A program made the translations under genes and the position numbers. The notes under the pieces are model-generated. The model made no database searches. It had not been told where the DNA came from and saw only the letters and a list, made by a program, of their open reading frames with translations. Shown here piece after piece: positions 1 through 11,992 of a stretch of DNA of 64,000 nt. Location of the stretch: contig CAVPXO010000012.1 in assembly GCA_963709755.1 (NCBI GenBank), positions 213,952 through 277,951 of the forward strand, read 5' to 3'. The stretch comes from an uncultured delta proteobacterium (GTDB lineage Bacteria; Desulfobacterota; Desulfobulbia; Desulfobulbales; Desulfocapsaceae). Position 1 is the stretch's first letter. Each line of letters starts with the position of its first letter.

Positions 1-255
1 TCCTACTTTACCTTTGAGATCTACTCTTTCTGCAAGGAACAAGAACGATTTCATTCTGTTCATCATCTCGCCATGATAAGTGGACGAGCCAAATATGTAT
101 GCATCGTAGCCCTCAAGTTCGGATTCTCTCTTCAGATCGTTAACATCCTTTAAAGTCACATCGACCATCGCAAAGCGTAACCCTTCTGCGATCAGTTCGC
201 CGATCCTTTGAGTTTCACCATTCCTGCTTGCGCATACAATCAGTACATTAGACAT
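1..255 (-). CDS. Flavodoxin-like protein, N-terminal part (runs off the window start)
   Basis: Manual translation from ATG at 255 (AAGGAG-like RBS at ~262-270): MSNVLIVCASRNGETQRIGELIAEG...YDAYIFGSSTYHGEMM, a flavodoxin FMN-loop pattern; not in the supplied ORF track because it is truncated. Confidence 0.75.
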   Translation of the reverse strand, partial: MSNVLIVCASRNGETQRIGELIAEGLRFAMVDVTLKDVNDLKRESELEGYDAYIFGSSTYHGEMMNRMKSFLFLAERVDLKGKVG

Positions 256-436
256 ATTCGATTCTCCTTTCTGGATTAAAATTTAAATTTTGAATTTAAA
301 ACTAAAATGATCCCAGGTTCCTATTTGGGACAAAATCCTTTTTAGGAATAAATCCTATTCTCTATTTTGTCAAATATCAAGATCTTTTCACGTTTACAGC
401 ACAAATCCTTCTGCCTGTCACTTCAGGACAATGTTC

Positions 437-464
437 TTGCCAATAATCCGAAACGTATGATAAT
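437..464 (+). promoter_or_regulatory. Putative sigma-70 promoter for the GST gene
   Basis: TTGCCA-N16-GATAAT about 55 bp upstream of the ATG at 520. Confidence 0.3.
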
Positions 465-519
465 TAAGAAAATGAGGATAATATAGATCAGATTTTTGAG
501 TATTCTTTGGAGAAACGAG

Positions 520-1182
520 ATGAAACTTATCATTGGAAATAAAAATTATTCATCCTGGTCACTACGGGCATGGCTGCTGCTCGCCGTAAGTGATATCCCG
601 TTTGACGAAGTGAGAATCGCATTGTCTACGGAAACTACAGCCTCTGAAATAGCAAAATATTCAGAGGCCGGCATGGTGCCCATCCTGCAGGATAAAGATC
701 TCATTATTTGGGATTCTCTTGCAATATGCGAGTATGTCTCGGAACAATACCTGAATGGCAAAGGTTGGCCGGCTGATGCAAAAGATAGAGCACTGGCGAG
801 GTCATACTGCGCGGAAATGCACTCAGGTTTTTTTGATCTTCGCCAAGCAATGCCGATGAATTGCAGAGCAGCAAATCGCAGAGTGCCTGTAACGACTGGT
901 TTAGAGGAAGATATCTCCCGCATTGATAGTATCTGGACTGGTTTAAGAGCAAAACATGCCAATAACGGCCCCTGGCTTTTTGGTGAATTTTCCATTGCGG
1001 ATTGCATGTTTGCCCCGGTTGTTTTTCGGTTAGCTACCTACAATGTGGCGGTGTCTGAGAGTTCTGCAGGCTATATAAAGAATGTATTGGGTAATCGAAA
1101 GATTCAGCTTTGGCTGGATCAGGCAAAAAAAGAAGTGGAAATAATAGAGGATGACGAAGCAGGAAGAGAGCAGGTCATTTAA
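520..1182 (+). CDS. Glutathione S-transferase family protein
   Basis: MKLIIGNKNYSSWSLRAWL, VPIL, WDSLAICEY and FSIADCMFAP motifs; ATG at 520 preferred over the track start at 496. Confidence 0.9.
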   Translation: MKLIIGNKNYSSWSLRAWLLLAVSDIPFDEVRIALSTETTASEIAKYSEAGMVPILQDKDLIIWDSLAICEYVSEQYLNGKGWPADAKDRALARSYCAEMHSGFFDLRQAMPMNCRAANRRVPVTTGLEEDISRIDSIWTGLRAKHANNGPWLFGEFSIADCMFAPVVFRLATYNVAVSESSAGYIKNVLGNRKIQLWLDQAKKEVEIIEDDEAGREQVI

Positions 1183-1188
1183 CCGAGC

Positions 1189-1229
1189 CGCTGATCCTCA
1201 TGCATAGGGCAGGAGGATCAGCGAAAAAA
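1189..1229 (-). terminator. Intrinsic terminator between convergent GST and glutaredoxin genes
   Basis: CGCTGATCCT / AGGATCAGCG 10-bp inverted repeat followed by A6, giving a U-run on the minus strand. Confidence 0.6.
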
Positions 1230-1261
1230 CTTTCCTTATTGTAATACAAACAAGGTCCAAA

Positions 1262-1510
1262 TCAGGAATTTCGAAATTTATTTTCCATATATGCAATGAT
1301 ATCATCACTCTCATACATGAAAATCTCTCCGTCTATTAAAAAAGGAACCATGGTATCACCACCTACACGCAACACCACTTTTGCTCCCGGTGTTCCCGGT
1401 GCGGCATCTATCACTTTGAAATCCTTTCCTTCTTTCAGCCCCATTTTGCCCACTGCAGCCATTACTTTTTGGCAAAACGGGCAACGATCATTCAAATAAA
1501 GTTCAATCAT
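1262..1510 (-). CDS. Glutaredoxin / GST-N-type thioredoxin-fold protein
   Basis: 82 aa with a CPFC active site, VPFL cis-Pro motif and MYESDDII. Confidence 0.8.
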   Translation of the reverse strand: MIELYLNDRCPFCQKVMAAVGKMGLKEGKDFKVIDAAPGTPGAKVVLRVGGDTMVPFLIDGEIFMYESDDIIAYMENKFRNS

Positions 1511-1544
1511 AAAATTACCAATTATTAGTTAAGGTTATATAGCT

Positions 1545-2315
1545 TTATTCTCGAACACCTATTCCTTTCTTAAGCAGGTACAGAGTGAATGAAAAAAGTA
1601 ACACGGCAAACATTACCAGCATGCCGAGTCCCATCCAGACATTAATGTCCGTAACTCCCAGAAAGCCATAACGGAATCCATTTATCATATAGACAACGGG
1701 ATTAGCCTTTGAGAGCGTCTGCCAAAAATCCGGGAGCAGAGAAATTGAATAAAAAACGCCGCCGAGATAGGTCAGCGGTGTGATGACAAAAGTTGGTATA
1801 ATTGAGATATCATCAAATGATTTTGCAAAGATACCATTGATCATTCCGGCAAGTGAGAAAACGAAACTGGTGAGAAATGCGAAGAGAACAATAAAGAAAA
1901 CATTAAAGAGAGGCAGTCTGACAAACACAATACTCACTATTGAAGCTAGCATCCCCACGCAAAGCCCACGCGTCATCCCCCCTGTGGTATAACCAAGAAT
2001 CACCACCCATTCCGGTGTTGGGCTGACTAACAATTCTTCAATGTTATGTTGAAATTTGGTGCTGAAAAAACTGGAGACAGTATTGGAGTAGGAATTTGTG
2101 ATTATGGACATCATGATCAACCCCGGAGCGATGAATGCCATATAATCATATCCTCCGATTTCGCTGAGTTGAGAACCGATAAAACCCCCGAAGATGATAA
2201 AATAGAGGCTGATGGTAATAACAGGTGGCACGAGGGTCTGAACCCATATCCGGAAGATCCGTATCAACTCTTTGCGGGCAATCGTCGCAAATGAGATCCA
2301 ATTTCTTTTCATCAC
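1545..2315 (-). CDS. yadH: ABC-2 type transporter permease, YadH-like
   Basis: KELIRIFRIWVQTLVPPVIT, PGLIMMSIITNSYSN, LTYLGGVFYSI and NPVVYMINGFRYGFLG match the YadH family; 4-bp overlap with the ATPase gene. Confidence 0.85.
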   Translation of the reverse strand: MMKRNWISFATIARKELIRIFRIWVQTLVPPVITISLYFIIFGGFIGSQLSEIGGYDYMAFIAPGLIMMSIITNSYSNTVSSFFSTKFQHNIEELLVSPTPEWVVILGYTTGGMTRGLCVGMLASIVSIVFVRLPLFNVFFIVLFAFLTSFVFSLAGMINGIFAKSFDDISIIPTFVITPLTYLGGVFYSISLLPDFWQTLSKANPVVYMINGFRYGFLGVTDINVWMGLGMLVMFAVLLFSFTLYLLKKGIGVRE

Positions 2316-3217
2316 TCCACCAATTCCATAAAAAGCTCTTCAAGCCGATTTGTCTTATTCCGCATACTGCCGACAACGATACCCTGGCTGTTCAGATGGT
2401 CGAAAATGCGGTTCATTGATTGGGAATTATTTTTGGTAACCGCAATTGTTGTTTCATCCACAAGGGTGAATTCTGTGTTTTCAAGTGGCAGGATTTCTGT
2501 CACGGGGCCTATTGTATCGAACAGAAATGACTCTTTATTGAGTTTGCGAAGGAGCTTCCGCTTGCTGGTATTTTCGACAATTTTACCGTTGGCGATAATG
2601 GCGATTTGATTGCAGAGTTGTTCCGCTTCTTCAAGGTAATGGGTGGTTAGAATGATTGTCCTGCCCTGAGCATTCAATTCCAGAAGAAAGTCCCACATGC
2701 CCCTGCGCATCTCCACATCCACTCCTGCGGTGGGTTCATCAAGAATGAGCAATTTGGGTTCATGGACAAGGCCACGGGCAATCATCAGTCTGCGCTTCAT
2801 TCCTCCGGAAAGCTCACGGGCAACTACATTTCGTTTTTCCCATAGCCCCAGTTTTATGAGATACTTTTTGGAGCGAATCAAGGCTTCTTTGCGGGCAATG
2901 CCATAATAACCGGCCTGCTGGGTAACAATATCCTGTACTTTCTCAAAGATTGAGAAATTCTGCTCCTGCGGAACTACACCGATCAAACGTTTTGCAGCCG
3001 GAAAATCCTGATCGATATCAACACCGAAAACGCTCACCTTGCCTGCTGTTTTTGTGACAAGGGAAGTGATAATACCAATCGTCGTGGTTTTACCGGCACC
3101 GTTAGGGCCAAGCAGACCAAAGAAATCTCCTTCCCGCACGTCCAGTGTAACACCGCTGAGTGCTTCGAGCCCACCAGCATACTTCTTGTGGAGATCAGCA
3201 ATAGACAAGGCAAACAT
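2312..3217 (-). CDS. yadG: ABC transporter ATP-binding protein, YadG-like
   Basis: Walker A GPNGAGKTT, signature LSGGMKRR, Walker B LILDEPT, C-terminal NRLEELF. Confidence 0.88.
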   Translation of the reverse strand: MFALSIADLHKKYAGGLEALSGVTLDVREGDFFGLLGPNGAGKTTTIGIITSLVTKTAGKVSVFGVDIDQDFPAAKRLIGVVPQEQNFSIFEKVQDIVTQQAGYYGIARKEALIRSKKYLIKLGLWEKRNVVARELSGGMKRRLMIARGLVHEPKLLILDEPTAGVDVEMRRGMWDFLLELNAQGRTIILTTHYLEEAEQLCNQIAIIANGKIVENTSKRKLLRKLNKESFLFDTIGPVTEILPLENTEFTLVDETTIAVTKNNSQSMNRIFDHLNSQGIVVGSMRNKTNRLEELFMELVE

Positions 3218-3235
3218 TCTGTAATCACCTTCAGT

Positions 3236-4114
3236 TTACTGACTAAGTTTCACAAAGTAGTCAACGATTTCCTCTGACAATTTTCTGCCCTCAAGTTCGG
3301 ATATCTGAACAATACCCGTCGGACAGGTTATATTAATTTCAGTAAGTTGTTCATCGATCAGGTCGAGTCCGGTAAAATGGATGCCATGTTTTAACAGCCA
3401 GGGCCCCACTTCGGAAATGATCTTCTGTTCTCTGGTGGTGAGTTCAGTCTGCAACGCATCACTCCTGGCAAAATTGGCGTGGTACCCTTGCTTGGGCCTT
3501 CGCATGACGGCACCGAGAAACCTGTCACCAAGCATCATTACCCGTTTGTCGCCTTTAGAGATATTCCCGATAAATTTCTGCACCATAACAGGATACTTAC
3601 CTCCACTGGTAAAAGAAGTAACCGTTGAGTGGTCTGATGGTTCTATCTTTTGTACAGATTTACCCTGAAAACTGTCAAGGGATTTAATAACGCTTGTGCC
3701 CTGGACGGCCAAAAAATCTCCTATGATTTCAACATCCGAGCTTACCAGGGTCGGTGGCATGTATTCTACAAAAGGAAGAGCAATCAGCTTTTCATTGAAA
3801 TCACGAAGCGACGACGGACTGTTAACAACAAGTGTTTCGGCAAGGGAAAGCAGCTGTGTCGCATAATGAAAAGCCATGTCGTATGGCGGTTCTTTACGCA
3901 TCAATATCAGCGAGTAATCACCAAGCGCTTTTACCTGTTGCTTTCCGGAATGGTCTGTAGCAATTACCGCCGCATAGGTCTCAAAAAAAAGATTTTCGAT
4001 TGTTGCAGTGTCTACTGTAATTCCGTTATTCCTTGCCTGATGGATAATGGCAAGTGATGTATCCGTTCGTGACACCAGCCCCTCAATTGGATCGAGCACA
4101 ACGAGCCATTTCAC
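3236..4114 (-). CDS. gshB: Glutathione synthetase-like ATP-grasp ligase
   Basis: LDPI..TDTS, LMRKEPPYD, NSPSSLRDFNEKL, GDKRV and GLDLI..LTEINITCPTG align with GshB; both Gly-rich loops are atypical. Confidence 0.8.
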   Translation of the reverse strand: MKWLVVLDPIEGLVSRTDTSLAIIHQARNNGITVDTATIENLFFETYAAVIATDHSGKQQVKALGDYSLILMRKEPPYDMAFHYATQLLSLAETLVVNSPSSLRDFNEKLIALPFVEYMPPTLVSSDVEIIGDFLAVQGTSVIKSLDSFQGKSVQKIEPSDHSTVTSFTSGGKYPVMVQKFIGNISKGDKRVMMLGDRFLGAVMRRPKQGYHANFARSDALQTELTTREQKIISEVGPWLLKHGIHFTGLDLIDEQLTEINITCPTGIVQISELEGRKLSEEIVDYFVKLSQ

Positions 4115-4183
4115 TTTATTTCCTCCATTGCTGTCTGCAAAGAATCAATGTTTATTTGAAAAAATCGTAAAAACCTACAATTT

Positions 4184-4849
4184 CTATTTTTTCACCTTTC
4201 TCTGCTGGAATTTTTTTTGGTGTTTCGCTTGCCGAACCGATTTACTGGCAACAGAATAGCCAAAGGTTCCAATAGGATGCCGGGAAAGAGCAAAATATTC
4301 GCCATGACAATAAGCTAACAGTCCGGCCTGTCCCATCCGAATAGTACCATTTTTATCAATAAGCGATTTTTCAACTTTATTTCCGATAATTTCAGCTATA
4401 AAAAGATCATGGCTCCCCAGTTCAGTGACGGAACGTACCTTACATTCCAGAACGACCGGGCTCTTTTTCAGAGAAGGGACCGCAACATCGGTTCCGGGTT
4501 CCAGCTCCATACCGAAATGTTTTATCTTGTCAACTTTTCGTCCTGAACGACAGCCGCAGAAATCGGTCATTTTGACCATCTCTTGAGTGGTAAGATTGAT
4601 GACAAACTCACCGGTTGCACTGATATTCTCATGGGATAATCGCTCTTTTCGTACCGCGATTGTCACCAGTGGAGGATGGCTGCAGGCAACTCCGGTCCAG
4701 CCTACAGTAAAGATGTTGGGTTTGCCTTCCTTGTCAATTGTCGTCACCAGAACCGCAGGTACGGGTCCGAACATGATGGAACCTTTAAAGAGTTCTTTTG
4801 TCACAGTTTTCTGCTCCGTTTCCCAAGGTTTCATAAACGACATCGACAA
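4184..4849 (-). CDS. Flavin reductase family protein (DIM6/NTAB-like)
   Basis: PVPAVLVTT, NIFTVGWTG, GEFVINL, LECKV..ELGSHDLFIAEI. Confidence 0.85.
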   Translation of the reverse strand: MSMSFMKPWETEQKTVTKELFKGSIMFGPVPAVLVTTIDKEGKPNIFTVGWTGVACSHPPLVTIAVRKERLSHENISATGEFVINLTTQEMVKMTDFCGCRSGRKVDKIKHFGMELEPGTDVAVPSLKKSPVVLECKVRSVTELGSHDLFIAEIIGNKVEKSLIDKNGTIRMGQAGLLAYCHGEYFALSRHPIGTFGYSVASKSVRQAKHQKKFQQRKVKK

Positions 4850-5522
4850 TCATTTCCGGTTGCCTTGAGGCGGCTACTGCCAGTTGGTCACAACGCTCAT
4901 TGAGCTCGTTTCCGGCATGTCCCTTCACCCAGTTAAAGCTGACATCTACACCTTCCATTAGTTCGAGCAGCTCTTGCCAGAGATCGATGTTCAGGACAGG
5001 TTGGCCATCACTCTTTCGCCACCCTTTGCTCCGCCACCTCCTGGCCCACCCTTTGGTGATGCCATTGACAAGGTAGCTTGAATCCGAATAGAGATAAATC
5101 TTTTTCCCGCAATTCTGAAGTTCCCGCAAGGCAACGATTGCCGCCATCATCTCCATCCGGTTATTTGTGGTGAACCGAAACCCGCCACTCAACTCCCGAC
5201 GCTCGCCGTTCATTTCAATGAGGACACCATACCCACCAGGACCGGGATTATTAATACTTCCCCCATCGGTAAATACAATAATGGCATCCGAATCATTTTG
5301 TAACTGCGGTGATGGAAGTCCCTCCCCTTGACGATCATTTTTTTTGCCTTCTTTCTTCTGATAGATCGGGTTTTCCAACCACGCTTCAGCTTCAGCTCTG
5401 GTTGGAAAACTTTTAAATTTTGCAGCGGCAAATCCTTTGACCTGTTTTTCCGCAGTTGCCCAGTCAGTATATATTCCAGAGCTGCGGCCTACTGCAACCG
5501 CATAGAACTTCTTTTGTGCCAT
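4785..5522 (-). CDS. rnhA: Ribonuclease HI with N-terminal hybrid-binding (caulimovirus viroplasmin-like) domain
   Basis: KKFYAVAVGRSSGIY..W..KSF N-terminal domain; FTDGG..NPGPGG, TTNNRMEM, SDSSY and WVKGHAGNELNERCD catalytic motifs. Confidence 0.92.
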   Translation of the reverse strand: MAQKKFYAVAVGRSSGIYTDWATAEKQVKGFAAAKFKSFPTRAEAEAWLENPIYQKKEGKKNDRQGEGLPSPQLQNDSDAIIVFTDGGSINNPGPGGYGVLIEMNGERRELSGGFRFTTNNRMEMMAAIVALRELQNCGKKIYLYSDSSYLVNGITKGWARRWRSKGWRKSDGQPVLNIDLWQELLELMEGVDVSFNWVKGHAGNELNERCDQLAVAASRQPEMIVDVVYETLGNGAENCDKRTL

Positions 5523-5594
5523 ACACTTGTCTCACTGACCCCGTTCAATACAACCTCAGGATATACTGAAAAGAATGGGATTATCTATAACCAT

Positions 5595-5636
5595 AAAAAA
5601 AGAAACCGGATCACCCTCATGGGTAATCCGGTCTCT
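5595..5636 (-). terminator. Intrinsic terminator after yajC
   Basis: AGAAACCGGATCACCC-TCAT-GGGTAATCCGGTCTCT hairpin preceded by an A-run on the plus strand. Confidence 0.75.
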
Positions 5637-5680
5637 TCGTCTGTTTCCACAACCTGAGGATTTCAGCAGCCTTTGATGCC

Positions 5681-6046
5681 TCAGCCACCAGAGCTTTTTG
5701 CGTCTTTTTTATCCAGTACGGCTCCACCATCCTTACTTAAAGAACCGCCGATCGCATCACGGGAAACCTTTACGGAAACATCTTTCGCAATTTCAAGAGT
5801 TATAACCGTGTCATTCAATGCAGTGATGACGCCGTGAAGGCCACCTTTGGTCATAACCTTCTGACCTTTTTTCAAGTCGTTCAGGAAAGCCTGATGTTGT
5901 TTAGCCTGTTTCTGCTGTGGTCTGATCAGCAAAAAGTAAAAGACAACAAAAATAAGAACCAGTGGGATAAATGAGGCTATCCCGCCAGCGCCGAAACCAT
6001 TACCGGCACCTGCGGCAGGGGCAGCCGCATAAGCAATTCCTGTCAT
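5681..6046 (-). CDS. yajC: Preprotein translocase subunit YajC
   Basis: FYFLLIRPQQK..LKKGQKVMTKGGLHG; lies directly downstream of tgt. Confidence 0.92.
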   Translation of the reverse strand: MTGIAYAAAPAAGAGNGFGAGGIASFIPLVLIFVVFYFLLIRPQQKQAKQHQAFLNDLKKGQKVMTKGGLHGVITALNDTVITLEIAKDVSVKVSRDAIGGSLSKDGGAVLDKKDAKSSGG

Positions 6047-6139
6047 AAAAAAACCTCCATAAAAGTTACGGGAATATGTAATAAATTGTTCTTCAGAACA
6101 TTTTTTACATAAAAATTTACAAAACTGACACCATGGTAA

Positions 6140-9288
<3,149 letters not shown>

Positions 9289-9506
9289 AATGACAATAGA
9301 ATAAATAAACTTAAGGCTATGCCCTCAAAGGAGCGTTTTTTCATATGCGACTGGAATTTACAGTCTCTGCGGTTGTAAAGGAAGGCAAGGGTTTAATCTC
9401 TTTTCTTTTCTACTATTTTTCTGCATACTAAAAAAAGAGAATAAAGAAAACCTGTTCAAGCTCGATTCAACAGTCCAGACTACAACTTCAACGAGTAGAA
9501 ATCACA

Positions 9507-10871
9507 ATGAAAACTGTCGTCATTATAGAAAATGAAGCTGTCGAACTTGAAGCCCTGGTAAGCCTCTTTGAACAATGGCAGAAAGAGATCAATATCCTGA
9601 CAGCCAGGGAAGAACGAGCGGCCATCGGAATTATATCACAACATCAGGTGGACCTGGTGGTCTGCGACTTATCTCTGTTAAGTAGTAGTTCTCTTGAGGA
9701 TTTTTCTCTACTTACCCATACCTTTCCTTATATTCCCTGCATCGCTTTGTCCAAGGGAAAAGGAATCCTCCCGGAAGAAGCAATGAAACGAGGAGCCAGC
9801 CATTGCCTGGAAAAACCCGTCGACACCTCTCGTCTGCTGCTGCATGCAGGAGAATTACTCGATGCAGCCACCAGTGGCAAGGTTAAAGGGATACCAATCC
9901 ACAGTTTCCTGCAAATGCTGGAAACTGAAGAAAAAACCTGCACCCTGCAGATAGATCAAAACAACGACAGGGGGCTCCTCTATATAAAGAACGGTGTCCT
10001 CATCGGAGCAGAGACAAAGAATTTCACGGGGGAGGCGGCAGCCCATCTCATTCTCTCATGGCAGGAATCGGTGGTAAGAATACTATTCTTTAACGGTCAG
10101 CGGAAACGACAGATCAACAAACCGCTGATCTCCATCATTATGGAAGCGTTTCGTCTCAATAGTGAAAGAGACAAACAGAGAATGGAAACATCACCAGTAA
10201 AACATCAGCTGCCGTTGAAACATTTCTCTACACTGGGTAAATGCATCCCCCTGGAGATCGGCTCTCTGGTCAAACTTGAATTTCCCCATCTGGACTCCCC
10301 GTTTGAAAGTGTTATGGTGGGTATGCTGCAGGAGAGCTGTTTGATCGTTACCAACCCCCAACCGTTTTCCGACCTGGATGATCTGGTCGGTGGAGAACAG
10401 AGAGTTATTATAAAATATGTTCACAAAGGACGGGAATGGATGTTTAAATCACAACTCCTGAAAGCTATCGATTCGCCCTCGCAGCTGCTTTTTTTCGAAT
10501 ATCCAGGAGTTATCCACTACCACGAATTGAGAAAAACCAAACGATCTTCGATATGTATTCCCAGCACCTTCCATTTGGATGAAGAACCGGAAATGTATGG
10601 CACTCTCATTGATTTGAGCATGACGGGAGGTCTCTGCCAGATTAGACACAAGAAGGATATACTCTTACCGCAGATCGATATCAACACTTCCATCCTGCTC
10701 CGTTGTCTGCTGCCGGGAATCAGGGAAGAACAACAAATTAGCGGCAAGGTCAGAAACATGCAAATTGATCCTGCCGAAACCAGAATTGGAATTGAATTTT
10801 TAAATCTCCAGCCACATCTCGCCGATACTATTGGACAATATCTTTATTCAATTGAGAGTATCGAGAATTAG
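9507..10871 (+). CDS. Response regulator with REC, DUF4388-like and PilZN/PilZ domains
   Basis: REC (VVCDL, LEKP); central FLQMLETEEKTCTL..G.LY..NG.L.GA region; PilZ signatures RKTKR and DLSMTGG. Confidence 0.8.
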   Translation: MKTVVIIENEAVELEALVSLFEQWQKEINILTAREERAAIGIISQHQVDLVVCDLSLLSSSSLEDFSLLTHTFPYIPCIALSKGKGILPEEAMKRGASHCLEKPVDTSRLLLHAGELLDAATSGKVKGIPIHSFLQMLETEEKTCTLQIDQNNDRGLLYIKNGVLIGAETKNFTGEAAAHLILSWQESVVRILFFNGQRKRQINKPLISIIMEAFRLNSERDKQRMETSPVKHQLPLKHFSTLGKCIPLEIGSLVKLEFPHLDSPFESVMVGMLQESCLIVTNPQPFSDLDDLVGGEQRVIIKYVHKGREWMFKSQLLKAIDSPSQLLFFEYPGVIHYHELRKTKRSSICIPSTFHLDEEPEMYGTLIDLSMTGGLCQIRHKKDILLPQIDINTSILLRCLLPGIREEQQISGKVRNMQIDPAETRIGIEFLNLQPHLADTIGQYLYSIESIEN

Positions 10872-10906
10872 TGCCTTACCGAACAAAATACCTTGGGGGT
10901 AATTTG

Positions 10907-11992
10907 TTACTTCTCCCCGGATGTTATAGCCATAGTGCGGATTTCCCTTTCCCTTTCGGCAATGTCATCTACCAGCCGAAATTGTCTATCGGCTCGCAGG
11001 AGGTTCTCACCTTCCTGTTCTACTTTAAAATAATGGTTGCCACGCAGGTGATCGGTAAAAAAGCGCACCCCCAGCTCAAAACATATAAGCAGCACTCCAT
11101 CAAAGATATAATTGCGCTGTTCTTTCGACAGCAGCTCTTCAGGTTCGGCAAAATAGCCGTCAAGGAGCGCCTGGCAGAAAACCATATCAAACTTGATCGG
11201 CCGAATCCTCCCCCCTGACTCCCCCGCCTTGTTGCAACAGGAACGCAGGCAGTCCCCCAGATCATAGTGCACCAGCCCCATGGCCACGGTATCAAGATCA
11301 AGCAGACCAAGGACTTCTCCCTTATCACCAAAGAGAAAATTGTCTACCTTGGGATCACCGTGGATTGGCTGAAGAGTTAGGATTCCGGCAGACTTTGCAT
11401 TCTCAAGAGTCGTCGCCCGCTGCCGGTAACGGTCAATAGCTTCAATACAATTTTGGATTTCCCTGCTTGCTGCAGTGTTCATCCTGTGCATCACCCGGTC
11501 ATAATCTTCAAGATATCGGGGCAGGTTATGAAAGCCCGGAAGAGGGTCAAGTAACCCTTGCACATCAAGATCACTCACAAATCGGTGAAAGTCGGCCAGT
11601 GATTTTCCGACTCGGAAAGCCTGTCTGGGGTTGGCCAGGACCTTGCGACTCTCATGGGGCAGATAGCTCTGTCCACGCCAGAAGTTACCTTTACTATCAA
11701 GGTAAAAGAGACGCTTGTCCAAGGTTAATACCGGTACAGCGACCTGCAAAGAAGACTGCGCCCAATCCTTTTTGAGAGCCACATGATTGGCTATTTTTTG
11801 AAAATTCTCGATGACCCGTAGAGGTTCAGGGAAGACATCTTTATTTATCCTCTGCAGAACAAAAGAACCGGAGGTCGATCGAACCAGAAAGGTATCGTTA
11901 ATATTGCCGGCACCCAGAGGCGCTACTGTACATGTGGTTGGATTGCTGCAGAATGCAGCAAGAACGTCCAGGGGAAAAGCTTCACCTGCCAT
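10907..11992 (-). CDS. Aminoglycoside phosphotransferase-fold kinase (N-acetylhexosamine 1-kinase / MdsC-like)
   Basis: LGAGNINDTF, LQRIN, HGDPKVDNFLF and LLDLDT motifs; start at MAGEAF (11992) preferred. Confidence 0.75.
   Translation of the reverse strand: MAGEAFPLDVLAAFCSNPTTCTVAPLGAGNINDTFLVRSTSGSFVLQRINKDVFPEPLRVIENFQKIANHVALKKDWAQSSLQVAVPVLTLDKRLFYLDSKGNFWRGQSYLPHESRKVLANPRQAFRVGKSLADFHRFVSDLDVQGLLDPLPGFHNLPRYLEDYDRVMHRMNTAASREIQNCIEAIDRYRQRATTLENAKSAGILTLQPIHGDPKVDNFLFGDKGEVLGLLDLDTVAMGLVHYDLGDCLRSCCNKAGESGGRIRPIKFDMVFCQALLDGYFAEPEELLSKEQRNYIFDGVLLICFELGVRFFTDHLRGNHYFKVEQEGENLLRADRQFRLVDDIAEREREIRTMAITSGEK

Noticed and set aside
1262-1510. Selenocysteine recoding in the redox genes
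   Set aside because: The CPFC site is ordinary Cys, and no in-frame TGA with a downstream SECIS-like hairpin is needed to complete these ORFs.
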